Positions 13,185-24,213 of a stretch of 64,000 bases of DNA are shown piece after piece. The translations under genes and the position numbers were made by a program. The notes beneath the pieces are model-generated. The model did not search any database. It was not told the origin of the DNA and saw nothing but the letters and a program-made list of their open reading frames with translations. The first letter of the stretch is position 1. Each line of letters starts with the position of its first letter. The DNA is from Takakia lepidozioides. Its lineage: Eukaryota; Plantae; Bryophyta. The stretch spans positions 39,742,001 through 39,806,000 of the forward strand of contig CM060732.1 in NCBI GenBank assembly GCA_030704615.1, in the 5' to 3' direction.

Positions 13185-14067
13185 ATATCATGGTAAATCA
13201 TATACCCGCACAACAGCTGGTATTGACCTAGGTCACTATTGGAAATGCTAAAATAACCAGGGGGGTTCCATTCTTAACCCTAATATTACAAAAGGAGAGC
13301 AGTCGCTCCCAGGTTTCCTTTTTAAAAGAAAAGAAAAGAAAAAACGTAAATATCAGTCTGGTTGGTTATTTAATACCCGGGTTGATAACCACCAGACCCT
13401 GTATATCAGTCCAACAACCTCGACCTCCCAGTTGCCAAACTCTTCATGATAATATTGTAATTTGCTTCATCACCCTTGTCATTCAATGAGGATGTCCAAT
13501 GAACCTCCTGAAGCTTTATTGTTCAGCAACTTTCTTAGTGGAAGTGCTACAAGAAGCTTGAGCTGTTCCAATCAGTCATGTTTCCATTGTACTCTTGAAG
13601 TTCTCTACATCATGTCATTTTGCCTACATGTACCTGTGCACTAGCAAGTGATAGCAAGAATGTACTGAACTCATATATCATTGGCACAAATTCTGCTTTG
13701 AGAAGGAGACATGCTACAGCTCAGATTCTAATTTGATTAATTTTTTATGTGGCAGTCTTTTTGTCGATTTAGGGTGCCAGTTTGACACCCTTCAAACTGA
13801 CATTTTTTTTAGTATAGTGACATTCTTACTGTATTGTGCTAGAGACCACTGAGGTAGAAAACCACCTGGACTGGATAAAAAGTTCAAGAGAAACCCATGT
13901 GAAACAAACAGTGGGAATGACTCACATTCTATATTAACAGCACATTACAGTTGTATTTTACAAGTTTTTCCACCCCATGCAGGGTTCCCACTACAGTATC
14001 TTCTCTTACCTAAGCAGATTATCTACAAAATGTAAGAATACACCTGTGAGTAAATTTTCTACCAAAG

Positions 14068-16297
14068 TCAGAACTGCCCAGCACGGATATCTCTATCTAA
14101 TCTGTCAGCATTTAGTGTGCCAGGCAGCTCCCTGAAGCCTTCGTTGAAGATAGAATATGCACTGCCAACAACAATGACGAAAAATCAATCAGCTCACCAA
14201 GTACATTGCATACCCAAGGTAAACTTTGATCAGACTTGTATCAGTCTCCTGGGCTTCCTAACTCTCAAAGCTCCCACATGTAGAAGCCAATTCATACCTT
14301 GCCTCTCCTGCTTGACGCTTCCCAAGGTTGAAAAAGATGATAAACAACGCTGAACCAAACACCTGTACCCAGTAGCCTTGTGCCTTGTGAGAAGGCATAA
14401 ATCCCCTCAATTAATGTGGAATACTACATCTAAGTGAAGTTTACAACAAAACTGCAGCACAGCTGAGTATTGCTGTTATTGACAAACTTTCTGTTGTTTT
14501 CAGCTACAAGAAGCTAGGCTCTCAAAGCTAAACGCACATGGCAAAGAAATGGAGAGGAAACTGAAAGTCAGGACAAAGAAGCCGTCGTAACTTACATACA
14601 GAGGGCCAAGATCCCACCGATGAGCTATGGGCGCTAGAACAAACCATAAGACAATTAGAAGCCAGGCTCGGAAGCTGATGGAGAAAAACATGATGAGTGC
14701 TACATCTGAACAAAACCATGCAACCAAGGAAAGTAATGGGTGACATTCAAACTCCTTAGTGGCAAGCAGATACTTGCTCTTGCACCTGGATAGCTTTGCT
14801 AGTGAGTGGTGGAAACAAAAATTGACAATCAAATGAAAAACAGAGAGAGAAGAGAAAGAAAGCCAGTATCTCCAAGAGGTCATCTTTTGTGTATTCTTGC
14901 ACCTGGACAGCGTTACTAGCAGTTATATTTGCCCAAAGGGTGCAAATAGAGATTCACGATTTGAAGAGAAACAGAGAAAGAAACAGAAAGGAACACAGCC
15001 AGAATCTCCAAAAGGCCCTCTTTGGACCTTCCTTGCAGTATCAACAAGTGCTCACAATTTACTCTAACAAGTCAACTGTTACCAGGAAGTCTTAGCTTCT
15101 CCCGCATGACCCAGGCAAGATGTCTTTGGAGGGGCGTGGCTGTCTCACGCAGCTTAAACCTCTGCAGGGTCAAATGACAAAATGGCATCCGTTGTCAGCT
15201 CTCCAACCACATACTACCGAGGGTTTTGAGCGTCGAAAAACGAAGCATACAATTCTTGTAGGAGAAGCAGACAAGTTTGTTTGGCAGACAAGCTGAAAAT
15301 TGTGAGTGAGGAAAAAATCTCAGTGAAGATCTAAGAGATAACTTACAAGGTCTTCATCCTCTTGGTCAATATCTCCATCCATGCTCGTAATATGCTTTGG
15401 TGGCGCCTTTGGTGCTACAATTGCAATCATGGAATCTGCTCTGACCCCACATTCATTCAAAGCAATTCCATATTCAAATACAGCCCTTGTCCAGCATTGC
15501 CAAGTGCTCTACATTGACCATCTGATAATTCAAATGGATCCGTGATGGGGTCCTCCCCCTCTCCCTCTCCCTTTGTGGATATACCAATTCTGTTGTGTGA
15601 TCTCTCCATCACAGCCAGCAGACTGTGTTCACAACTAAAGACTGAGATTCAAGGAGAGAAAACCCTAAAACCAGCTTCGACAAAGCTATTTCCCCAAAAC
15701 TAAGTATGACACGGGAAAGTCATCACCATTCAAAAGGACACAGTCTCCATTTCCTCCAAAGGTTCCTAAGGTCCTTACCTCCATCAGCAAGAGTGACGAT
15801 CGATGGTTTCCCATTCTTATCATCCTGGAGAGTCTTACCCCCCAGCACAAGCTTCAATCTTTCGTAAGGCAAACCCAGCTCCTTTTCCACCAATCTTCGA
15901 ACAGCAGCTACCTAAAACCCCCAAAACCTAGAAATCAGCAACTTAAATAGGTCCTGTCCTCACCTCCCGCACGTCAGCAATTCCTGCTTAAGGAATAGAT
16001 CGGAGCATCACAAAATAGGCGAATTTTCGCCCTATACCTGGCACATGTATTCCCGAACAATTATGGTGAATTCCGGAAAATATACACTAACCGACATCTT
16101 CTTGGAAAGCATTGCTTTAGAAGCAGTGATGCAGGCACTGCATGACCTCTAGCCACGGACAAACCTGGGAGACTATGAAACATCGACTGTGAGGAAAATC
16201 CGCGATCACTTCCAAATGATTTTACCTCAATGTCCGGGGGAACTTCCAAAATGTGGCGCCTTGTGGATCCAACTGCGCGCAAATCCACTCTCACCAT
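14068..16297 (-). CDS. Ubiquitin-like domain + transmembrane + SAYSvFN-motif protein (plant SAYSD1-like), 7 exons
   Basis: GT-AG exons ~16297-16226, 15911-15779, 15435-15347, 15161-15083, 14706-14597, 14362-14298, 14161-14068 splice in frame to MVRVDLRAVG...VAAVRRLVEKELGLPYERLKLVLGGKTL...WFVLAPIAHRWDLGPLY...NLGKRQAGEASAYSIFNEGFRELPGTLNADRLDRDIRAGQF*. Confidence 0.88.
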
Positions 16298-16469
16298 CTT
16301 TCCACTGCGATGCAATCGACCCTCCCCTCCCTCTCCGTCTACAATACCTTCTTGTGTGCATCGGATGCTTGAATGCGACAGAGTTAGGTATTCATCCAAA
16401 GTGCGTGGAATTGCTCGACTTAGACCTGCCCTAAAACATCAACGGTCAGATCTGCGCAGTAGTTTATTT

Positions 16470-16477
16470 TAGGGTTT
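16470..16477 (-). promoter_or_regulatory. Telo-box (AAACCCTA) in the shared promoter of the SAYSvFN gene and the snoRNA cluster
   Basis: TAGGGTTT on +. Telo-boxes are typical of plant snoRNA and ribosome-biogenesis promoters. Confidence 0.5.
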
Positions 16478-16773
16478 AGCTCTCTCTTCAAGTATCGCAG
16501 CAGCCTCTACGTTCCTTCTCTTCTCTGTGTCTTGTGATCACCATCCACTGCTCTTTTCGTGGATCTGTTTGTGGACACTCACGTTGGGTTTGATTGTCTC
16601 GTAGTTGCGAGGGTGTCCTTGGAGGGATGTAGGGTCTGAGGTATACTTGCAGTCCTCTTGCAGCTAATTTAGTGTTTCATTGCGGCTCGGTTCTGTCTTT
16701 GATTTGTTTCTGCATCTGTGAGAGCGAGTGCATGCTTTGTATGAGTAGTGTGTATGTTCTTTTTTTGATCTGA

Positions 16774-16852
16774 AGGCCGATGAAGATTTGTTTTTTGGAA
16801 TTACCGGCTGAGGGTTGCTAACTCGATGCTGATAACTGGCTGACTGAGGCCT
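16774..16852 (+). ncRNA. snoR77Y: Box C/D snoRNA, snoR77Y-like (18S Um at the yeast U578-equivalent site)
   Basis: Terminal stem AGGCC/GGCCT, box C ATGAAGA, box D CTGA (16844-16847). The D' guide GGAATTACCG is complementary to conserved 18S CGGUAAUUCC, and the +5 rule hits the U. Confidence 0.85.
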
Positions 16853-16940
16853 TTCTCTCTGCTGGGAGGCACCCTGTCTCTTGGGAATGATGCTTCGGTC
16901 TCTTTTCCGGATTTGTGGTCTTTGTGAGTGGAGTGTGTTT

Positions 16941-17091
16941 CTGCCGACCATGCCACGAAAGGGGTAGCATATGCTGTAATCCTCGATTCGACCAGGGTTT
17001 GGCATAGATCAACCTTCACTTCTCGATAGGAAGCCATTTGTATCGCCTACCAAGGTCATTGCTTATGGTGCCATTTAGGGTGATGATATTT
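16941..17091 (+). ncRNA. snoR2: Box H/ACA snoRNA, snoR2/U65/snR34-like
   Basis: Two hairpins, H box AGATCA (17006-17011), terminal AUA+3 nt. The 3' pocket GATAGGAA/GCC fits 25S GGC-U-C-UUCCUAUC (yeast Psi2826-equivalent). Confidence 0.72.
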
Positions 17092-17240
17092 ATGCCAGGG
17101 TCTTGCTGTAGCATGGAGTCACGTTCTTTTTCTTCTTCTTGAAAGTCAAGGATGAGCTGTGTTTGTTTGTTCACGGGAGGCGGGAGGGATGTTTCCGCTT
17201 TCTTTTGGTATGGAATTCGTAGTGGGCAAGTAACTGTGAT

Positions 17241-17426
17241 ACCCGATGATGATAATCTCCCAATATAGGAAGTGCCGTATGACGTTCAAATCAGTGTTTC
17301 TCTACCATATCAGTAGCATGGTAGAAGGTTACTTTCTTTTGTGGCGGAAGAAGGTATTCTGGAGACCTGCTTATTGGTATGGTTGGCAAGCACTTGATGA
17401 ATGATTTGTCACGGGTCTCAGAGGGT
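17241..17426 (+). ncRNA. U49: Long box C/D snoRNA, U49-like
   Basis: Stem ACCC/GGGT, box C ATGATGA, signature ATAGGAAGTGCCGT followed by a D'-like ATGA, internal C' TGATGA (17395-17400). The terminal box reads CAGA rather than CTGA. Confidence 0.75.
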
Positions 17427-17498
17427 TTCGCTCACTTCTAAAACTATTTAATCTACGTAGTTTTCCTGTTGCTGGTCTGGAGCTCTCTCATATTTTTT

Positions 17499-17586
17499 AT
17501 GCTGTGATGATACCAAAGTGTTTCGGACTAGAGTTTCTGATCTGGCACAGCCAGTCTGAAGAAACCACTCTTGGCTGTCTGAGCAT
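17499..17586 (+). ncRNA. snoR37: Dual-guide box C/D snoRNA, snoR37-like (U52/snR78- and U53-equivalent 25S sites)
   Basis: Stem ATGC/GCAT, box C GTGATGA. D' CTGA follows CGGACTAGAGT (complement of 25S ACUCUAGUCCG). D CTGA follows CTTGGCTGT (complement of 25S ACAGCCAAG). Confidence 0.88.
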
Positions 17587-17617
17587 CCTCATGGACATGA
17601 ATTTACGTCTGCTGTGT

Positions 17618-17760
17618 TTGGCCACCTTCTGTAAAAGACACTATCGAGTTTTCCAATACTTAATGGCTAGAAGAAGGTGGCCAATATTGATCGTGGTAAA
17701 TTCTGGATCACTGGGCAATTGATTTGGTCTCATTGAAGCCGGGAAAGCCACGGGACATTT
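17618..17760 (+). ncRNA. Probable box H/ACA snoRNA, target unassigned
   Basis: 13-bp perfect stem TTGGCCACCTTCT/AGAAGGTGGCCAA, second hairpin TCGTGGT/GCCACGG, ACA at 17755-17757 followed by TTT. The H box is imperfect (ATATTG). Confidence 0.6.
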
Positions 17761-18925
17761 GCGTTGTGTCAGGCCTGTAGTCTCCCAAACTACTCTTGTT
17801 CGTCCATTCTCTCGAGCTTCTACACTACCTTTCTGGACCTTTGCAATGCCTTGGCCAGCTTTCTACCAGTAACTCTGTAGATCACACTGCCGACAGGGGG
17901 CGGCTCTAATTTTTCCACTACATCAGTCGGATTGTTCACACAGCAAGCAATGTTGTCTTCTCTTTGTAGATGCGTACCTAAGTACAAGATGGTTATAATG
18001 TAGTGTGGCTTAAGTAGGTACAATTCTGCCGTCCACCAATGCTTCTCGCTTTTATCGAAACCAAGAGGGAATCTCCAGGTCCCTCGTACAAAGTGGCTCT
18101 CCTTTCTCTCAAATCAGTACCCCTAAATCAGGGTCAAAAGAAAATTCTCTAAATACCAGTACAAATGTGAAGGAACGATTATTCGGTTCGACTCAATCTG
18201 AGGAAGTGCAAGTCACCACTGTCGTCACCACTGTGGCCAGAAAGACAGCAAATGTTATAATTGCTATTGCTGTTAGCTACTGCTTCAAGTTTCTTTGTAA
18301 TTGCAGAAAAGTTTAATGATAGCCTCACTGGTTAGCCCCCACCTAAATAAACATCCAAAGATTTGTAGAATTGCAGCTCCTTAGAGGATTCCGATGAGGC
18401 TGCCAGAGTATGAAGACTGAAAATCAAAACCAACACTTATTAGCCCTTGCAGGATTTGGGATATGCTCTGATGCCTGTGCGGGAGAGGAAGGGAATAATG
18501 CTATCTGGAGAAGCGAGATCAGCCAAGGAAAGTGTCGGAGAAGATCGCTTGGTGAAACCACCTGCAGACAGACGACTCCGCTGCAACGTTCACCTACACT
18601 TGGGTTGTCGCCAGGAAATCGACTTGGACGCTATCCAACTGCAAAGCTCGGTGCAGTGTAAAGTCACTCAAGTTTCATACTCCTGCACAGAAAAATACAC
18701 CACAGCCGAGTAGATGTAGACATTAAGTAACGGGGGCTGCCCAAGTCCTTTCCTCGCCAGATTGCTCACAGAAGGTCTCTCTGAGGGGGCAGCCTCAATG
18801 CCAATCAAATGGCAATGGTAGAAAAGTGAATACCCACCTTCCAGAAATGTCGAAAATGTGGGGTCATATTTCTCAATTCATGAGAACCGCAACCAACCAT
18901 TTGACATCATACAGTGAAATATTCC

Positions 18926-21900
18926 TCAGTCATTTGGGTCAGTATCCTCATCCGCTTCCCCATGTTTGAGCTCATCTCCTCCATCTTCCCCAGCTGGTAC
19001 CAGCTCACTGGTTGGTAGCATGTCAGTGCTTGTTACCATTCCCTCAAGGTCATCTTTCTCTTCCTCTCTCTCCTCTCCAACTTCGTTGGGTGGGAATAGT
19101 GTAGCCATCCATTTAGGGCATTCTTCCTCATCACCCCATAGCACTCGTTCGTCTGGTCCTTCTTGCATCATGTCCAACTTGTACTGCACCTTGGTCTTTC
19201 CTGTTTGGCAAGCACACTCTGGAAGTGGGTGCGCAAGGAAAGATTTTGGTTTGATTAAGAGCGAGGAATTGGCAAGACCCTCTAATTCGAGAGATCTTGT
19301 CAGCAACTTACGCACACGAACCATCCACTCCTGGTCAAGATTGTAGGAACGCCCATCAATCTGGTCCATGTGATTGGCTATGGCTGTCCTGTCATACGGA
19401 AGACTGACCAACATCAGTGTCTCTTCTACAGCAACTACAGGAACTATGTCACTAGTGCCTTTAGCTATGAATGAATAAAGATAGCTATGGGCTGATCTCT
19501 GTCCCATCCTGTTCCCTCTGTCTCTCTCATATGCACAAACACAGTGTGAGCATACATATGCATTGCAGAACTCTCCAGGCACCCTCCAGATCCCTGTCCA
19601 ACATTTTGATGCCTAAATAATGCTGCATGGAAGCCCGGATAACCAAAAGCAGAAAATGGTGTCCAATTGGAGTGTAAATACATCATACAACCACAATTGA
19701 GCTAATCACTGGCAAATGGCCCACCTGTCAGGACGATATGTCTTGAGAGATGCTGAAGCATAGAGCCGGTAACCCATCACCAAGCTTGCAAAGTTGGGGC
19801 TCCCTTTACTGTCTCTGTCGAATGCGGGGAAGAAGGCGTTGGCTTCAGCACAGACAATGTAGTCCAATGCCGCCCACAGTAGCTTGTGACCCCGTTCTCT
19901 TGTCTGTGCAATGTTTGGACGTGGCTCAGTATCTGTCTCACCAATCCATCCCCACCAGCCTTCTACCTCATGCAGTGGCTTTCCCCGTGGTAAGGGAGGA
20001 GGAAGAGGCCTAGGCCTAGATCCAGCTTTTTCCCAGGCTTCAAGCCATAGCCTTTCAGCATTTGCAGGTGGGGGTTGGTACACAGGAGAGGGGAGAGGGT
20101 CTTCAGGACCGTAAACATGGGAGCGTTCTTCCTCCGTGCTAAGAGTGGCATGATCATCCAGGTTATGGTACATGCTTCGTAAGGGCAAAAGCACACGCTG
20201 GCCACCAAAGAACTCTGTGCCAGAGAGGTAGATACGAGTGTCACGCGGATAACCCAACACTTGCAGCAGAATCCCAACCTTTCAGCCCAAAAGTCATCAC
20301 CATACATGAATCAGTGCACTCATCTCTTTGGAATCCACGGGGAGATGAGGTTATCAGAGGGATATTAACAAGAGGGGCTAAGGAGCTGGAGTAATAGGCT
20401 GTTATATTGATCCACTAATTGAAGCCTTTGCAGCTTGCAATTCCTTCTACTAGCTGGGGTGCGTTAACAATGTCTCAGCACCCCAACAGTCAAAAAGATA
20501 TCACCAAATCACCTTTTAGTTGCAAGGTAAAAAATACTGATGAGAGTCGCTTTTTGAATCAGATCACCAAACTAACTGGCCTGATTTCCATGATGGCGCA
20601 AACCAATGTGTTTTTCAACATTGGGGCTACTACTGGGTTGTTTGGAAAAACTCAAAACAAAAGCCAATTAGCACTGCCAAGGAGTACCTCTTCAGGCATT
20701 AATGGACAGAGGCCCTTGTGGCGCTGCCTATCAGAATCCACTTTGAGTTCACCTTTGATCTGTCCCGCCCGAATTAACTGTGCTCTTTTTGACTGTATAC
20801 TCTCTGTCTGGAGATCCTGAACCCCCCCACACACAGCACATGACAATTGCTGCCATACACAATTACATACTCCTCTCTTGTCCACGTGGGTTACAAATAT
20901 CTTTTCTTCCCTTTTCTTTCTCTAGTTCTTATTAGAAAGAAACTGTGCGCGCCATAACATCATGTAGGCAAATCTTGTGTGGTAGCTTTTTCAACTGCCA
21001 TATGCAAATAACAATTTATGCAGAATACACAACGAGTCTAAGAGAGGTCCTATTTGCTAAAATTATGAGACACAGCAACACCAAAAGGGGGAGAAAGATA
21101 GACAGTACTTGGAAGAGCTCAGCGCAACCGTGGTAAGCAAGTGTATCTCTCTCCAAGCCTACATGGACTGCCAGGTATGGACGCCCTTTTTCCTGCAACC
21201 TGATCCATCCACAGTTTAGCATGGCGTGTTTACTATGTGAATACCAGCATGGAGATCTGTTTCAACTTTCCAGCCGTAGATTCACTTCCATTTGGAGTAC
21301 AAGAGCTGTCCACATTAGATGCCATTCCCTTCCGACGTCTGAGGCCAAAGCTAGTCAGGGAGGGCCTACGGCACTGCCATGATCCCTTCAAAGCCACCTC
21401 CATGTTCAAGCTCACAACAAAATTGCTATGAGAAAGATATTAGGGTTGATTGGAAGGAGGTTGCAAGTTTTCAGCTTCTAGTAACCCCTCAGATGTGTAG
21501 ACATTAAATGATAACAGGAAGAAATACATCTTAGAAAAATATGAGTACCTTTGGACCATTTGAGAGCCCAGTTCAAGAAGCTCTTGCCGAAACTGAAGAG
21601 CATGAAATGCAACTCGGCACCGCAGTCTCTGGTACTCGGCCAGCTCAGGTGGAAGCAAACTCTGTACCATTGTCCGAAATTGGCCCAGAAATGAGCCTAC
21701 CTCCATTTTCATCGTTTCACCCTTAGGTATACTTCACTCAGTCTCTCCCCTTCCCAAACAACTTCCCAACACCAATCCTCTGGTTGCTCACATAATTTCC
21801 TTCTCACCAATGCTAGATCCACATGAACCTCCTAGTTGGACAAATATAATTGACAGACTGGTTAAGTACAAAAGTTCTTGATTTAGAATGTCCTTTGGCA

Positions 21901-24213
21901 CCAGTTCACACTCCCATGGACTTCCGCCGGACCATAATACTACCCCAAAAACAGGTGGACAGGCATTCACAGATGGTGAGATTCAATGACCAGTCTCTGG
22001 ATTCATGGAGGCAAGCCACTGGATGCACCTGCAAACCGCCGCCTCGGGACAGGCGAAGACCCAAAGCTCCTTGCTTCTTCAACTCTGGCAAAACCTGTTG
22101 CAAGTAGAATTCTGGTGAGGCTGAGATTGGAGGGGTGATCACAGACAGTGTCTTCCGCTTCCGGGCTGATCGCAATTTCTTGGGAAGGAGCTTGACAGCA
22201 TGGATATCATCCGCAAGGGCAGTAATAAAGTGGTGTGCACTGTACAGGTAGCCAAAACCCTTGAACTTCGAGCTGCAAATGCGCACACAAATCTAGAAAC
22301 CAATGAGCCTTGGAATTTTTCTGTTTCCAAAAATGGAAGAGTAGCTGTGGAACTGAAAGACCAACTTCTTGACCTCTACGGTGCCCCTTGAATGGTTCTT
22401 CAACCAGAACAACATGAAGAAGCAAAAGCATAATAATGTCAAGCACTGATCTACAGTCAATTTATGGTCCATGCGCACTGCTATGAGAAAACAACACAGA
22501 GACTAATACAATCAACCATTCAGTCTCAAGAGGAAGAATGACCCTGATGAGGTCTGCAAGGGTCCAGTTAAAAAGTGTCTCCACAAGGTGATTCCCCCCA
22601 CCTTATGCCTTTTGCAGCAGCAACTTCATGGAGCCGAGGAATAGCAAGAGTTGCGTTTAAAAGCCTGGCAATTACCACCAAGTCACATATCTGGCACCCA
22701 GGAATGCACTCCAAAAATGGGTCTCAGTGAACTTTGCTCCAGAAATCCAGTTCAACATCAATGCAGTGACTCCTAACTACAAATACTTGCCATCTCCCAT
22801 AAAGTTGGTGAAAACACCATCTGCTGTGTTAGACAGACCTTTTGAATGAGAAAGATGCAGAGAAGTCAGTGGCAGGTGCATGAAATACCAGGTAGAAATT
22901 ACAAGTACGTACATTAATCAACACAAGAGGTCTCCTCTGTAGCATTTATGATAACACTAAGCTGTAACCAGGCCTGATTATGACTTGCATCACAAAAGAT
23001 GCAAAATTCCCTTAGTGCCAGCTGAAACCAAAACCTCCTGAAGCCACAATACACTGCACTTCATCTCTGTTGCTGTAATTCTACTATCAATGTCACAGTG
23101 CAGATTTTCCTCCGCACTTTGACTTTCTATGAATTCCTACGATTTTGGGAATATCACTTACAGATGTCCGAATTTCATGAAACTCGCCTTTGATCTCGGC
23201 AAATAGGTAGCCATTGCCTGGCCAGCTTGGAGCTGCGACCAGCCCCAAGGTATTCAAATTATTATCCTCATCCTAACAACAAACATAAGCAAGACTTCCA
23301 GATCGAAAAACTCCAACAAGGCTCAGCAGATCTTTTATTCAGAATGGTTTCACGTATACTGAAATTAATATAGAACTTAAGCTGAGGCGAACACAAATCT
23401 GTCTCAAACAATTGATCCCCATCTGCTCGGAGGGAGTAAAACCATCCTTCTAATGCACAAGGACAACTACCCTAGGACACTGCCTCTGCAATATGTCATC
23501 CTCCCAGAGGACGCAGAGGTGATCGACGATGGTTTCCGACCTCTCTCTGGCTCTCTCATCGAGGAGTGAAACTCACGTGGATAAGATTCTCTCGGAGCCG
23601 CATGGGGAAAGAGATTGCGTAGAAATTGAACATGTTTCCATACTTTGCCGAAGTGAGAACCCTGCAATCTCATCATCCCATCCAAATTATCTTTACAATT
23701 GGCCAAGGAGGTACCACCATGAAATTCTGACTCGCAGAGTTAGTAACCTCGAAACCACACCCGTTCTTGCAATTCTGGAAGTCTGGGGCTTTTGGGTAAA
23801 TCAAGCAGAGGAAACCAATCTTACTCTTGCCGCCACCACCAACTTGAAGGAAAAATAAGTGCGACAATCTCTCATCTAATTAAAGCCACTTCAAGAAAGA
23901 GAAAAAGAGAAGAATTCTATTATGTCCGGGAGGCCCCAGAGAGAGAGAGAGAGAGAGAGAGATAGTGAAAACTACTGTAAAACATCCAGGACAGAGATAC
24001 GGAGAGAGAAACAACCAGGTGAGGTTCTTCAATTCTGTGGGTGCGCTCGCGCCAGCTGAAGATGGTGTGCGCAATGTGCACAACCTCTGCCTCTTGTTTA
24101 GATGAGTTCTTGGCCAACAAGAAACTGGCCGCGAGCGACACGATCATTAAAAGCAGGCCAACCAACGCCACTAATCTTATTCTGGATCTAAAAGCCACTT
24201 TAGCTATCTCCAT
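18926..24213 (-). CDS. EDA30: O-fucosyltransferase family protein (EDA30-like), multi-exon
   Basis: N-terminal anchor AFRSRIRLVALVGLLL. Exons encode KFKGFGYLYS..HFITAL, YQRLRCRVAFHALQF, PYLAVHVGLERDTLAYHGCAELFQ, CPLMPEEV, TRIYLSG.E.FGGQRVLLPLR, ALDYIVCAEANAFFP and FLAHPLPECAC, ending DPND. Some internal exon limits were not resolved. Confidence 0.9.
23938..23961. repeat. (AG)n microsatellite in intron 1 of the OFUT gene
   Basis: Direct observation. Confidence 0.9.

Noticed and set aside
23770-23810. YPKAPDF peptide resembling a PDF motif in the OFUT intron
   Set aside because: It lacks the upstream WWDNR half and splice context, so it is likely chance.
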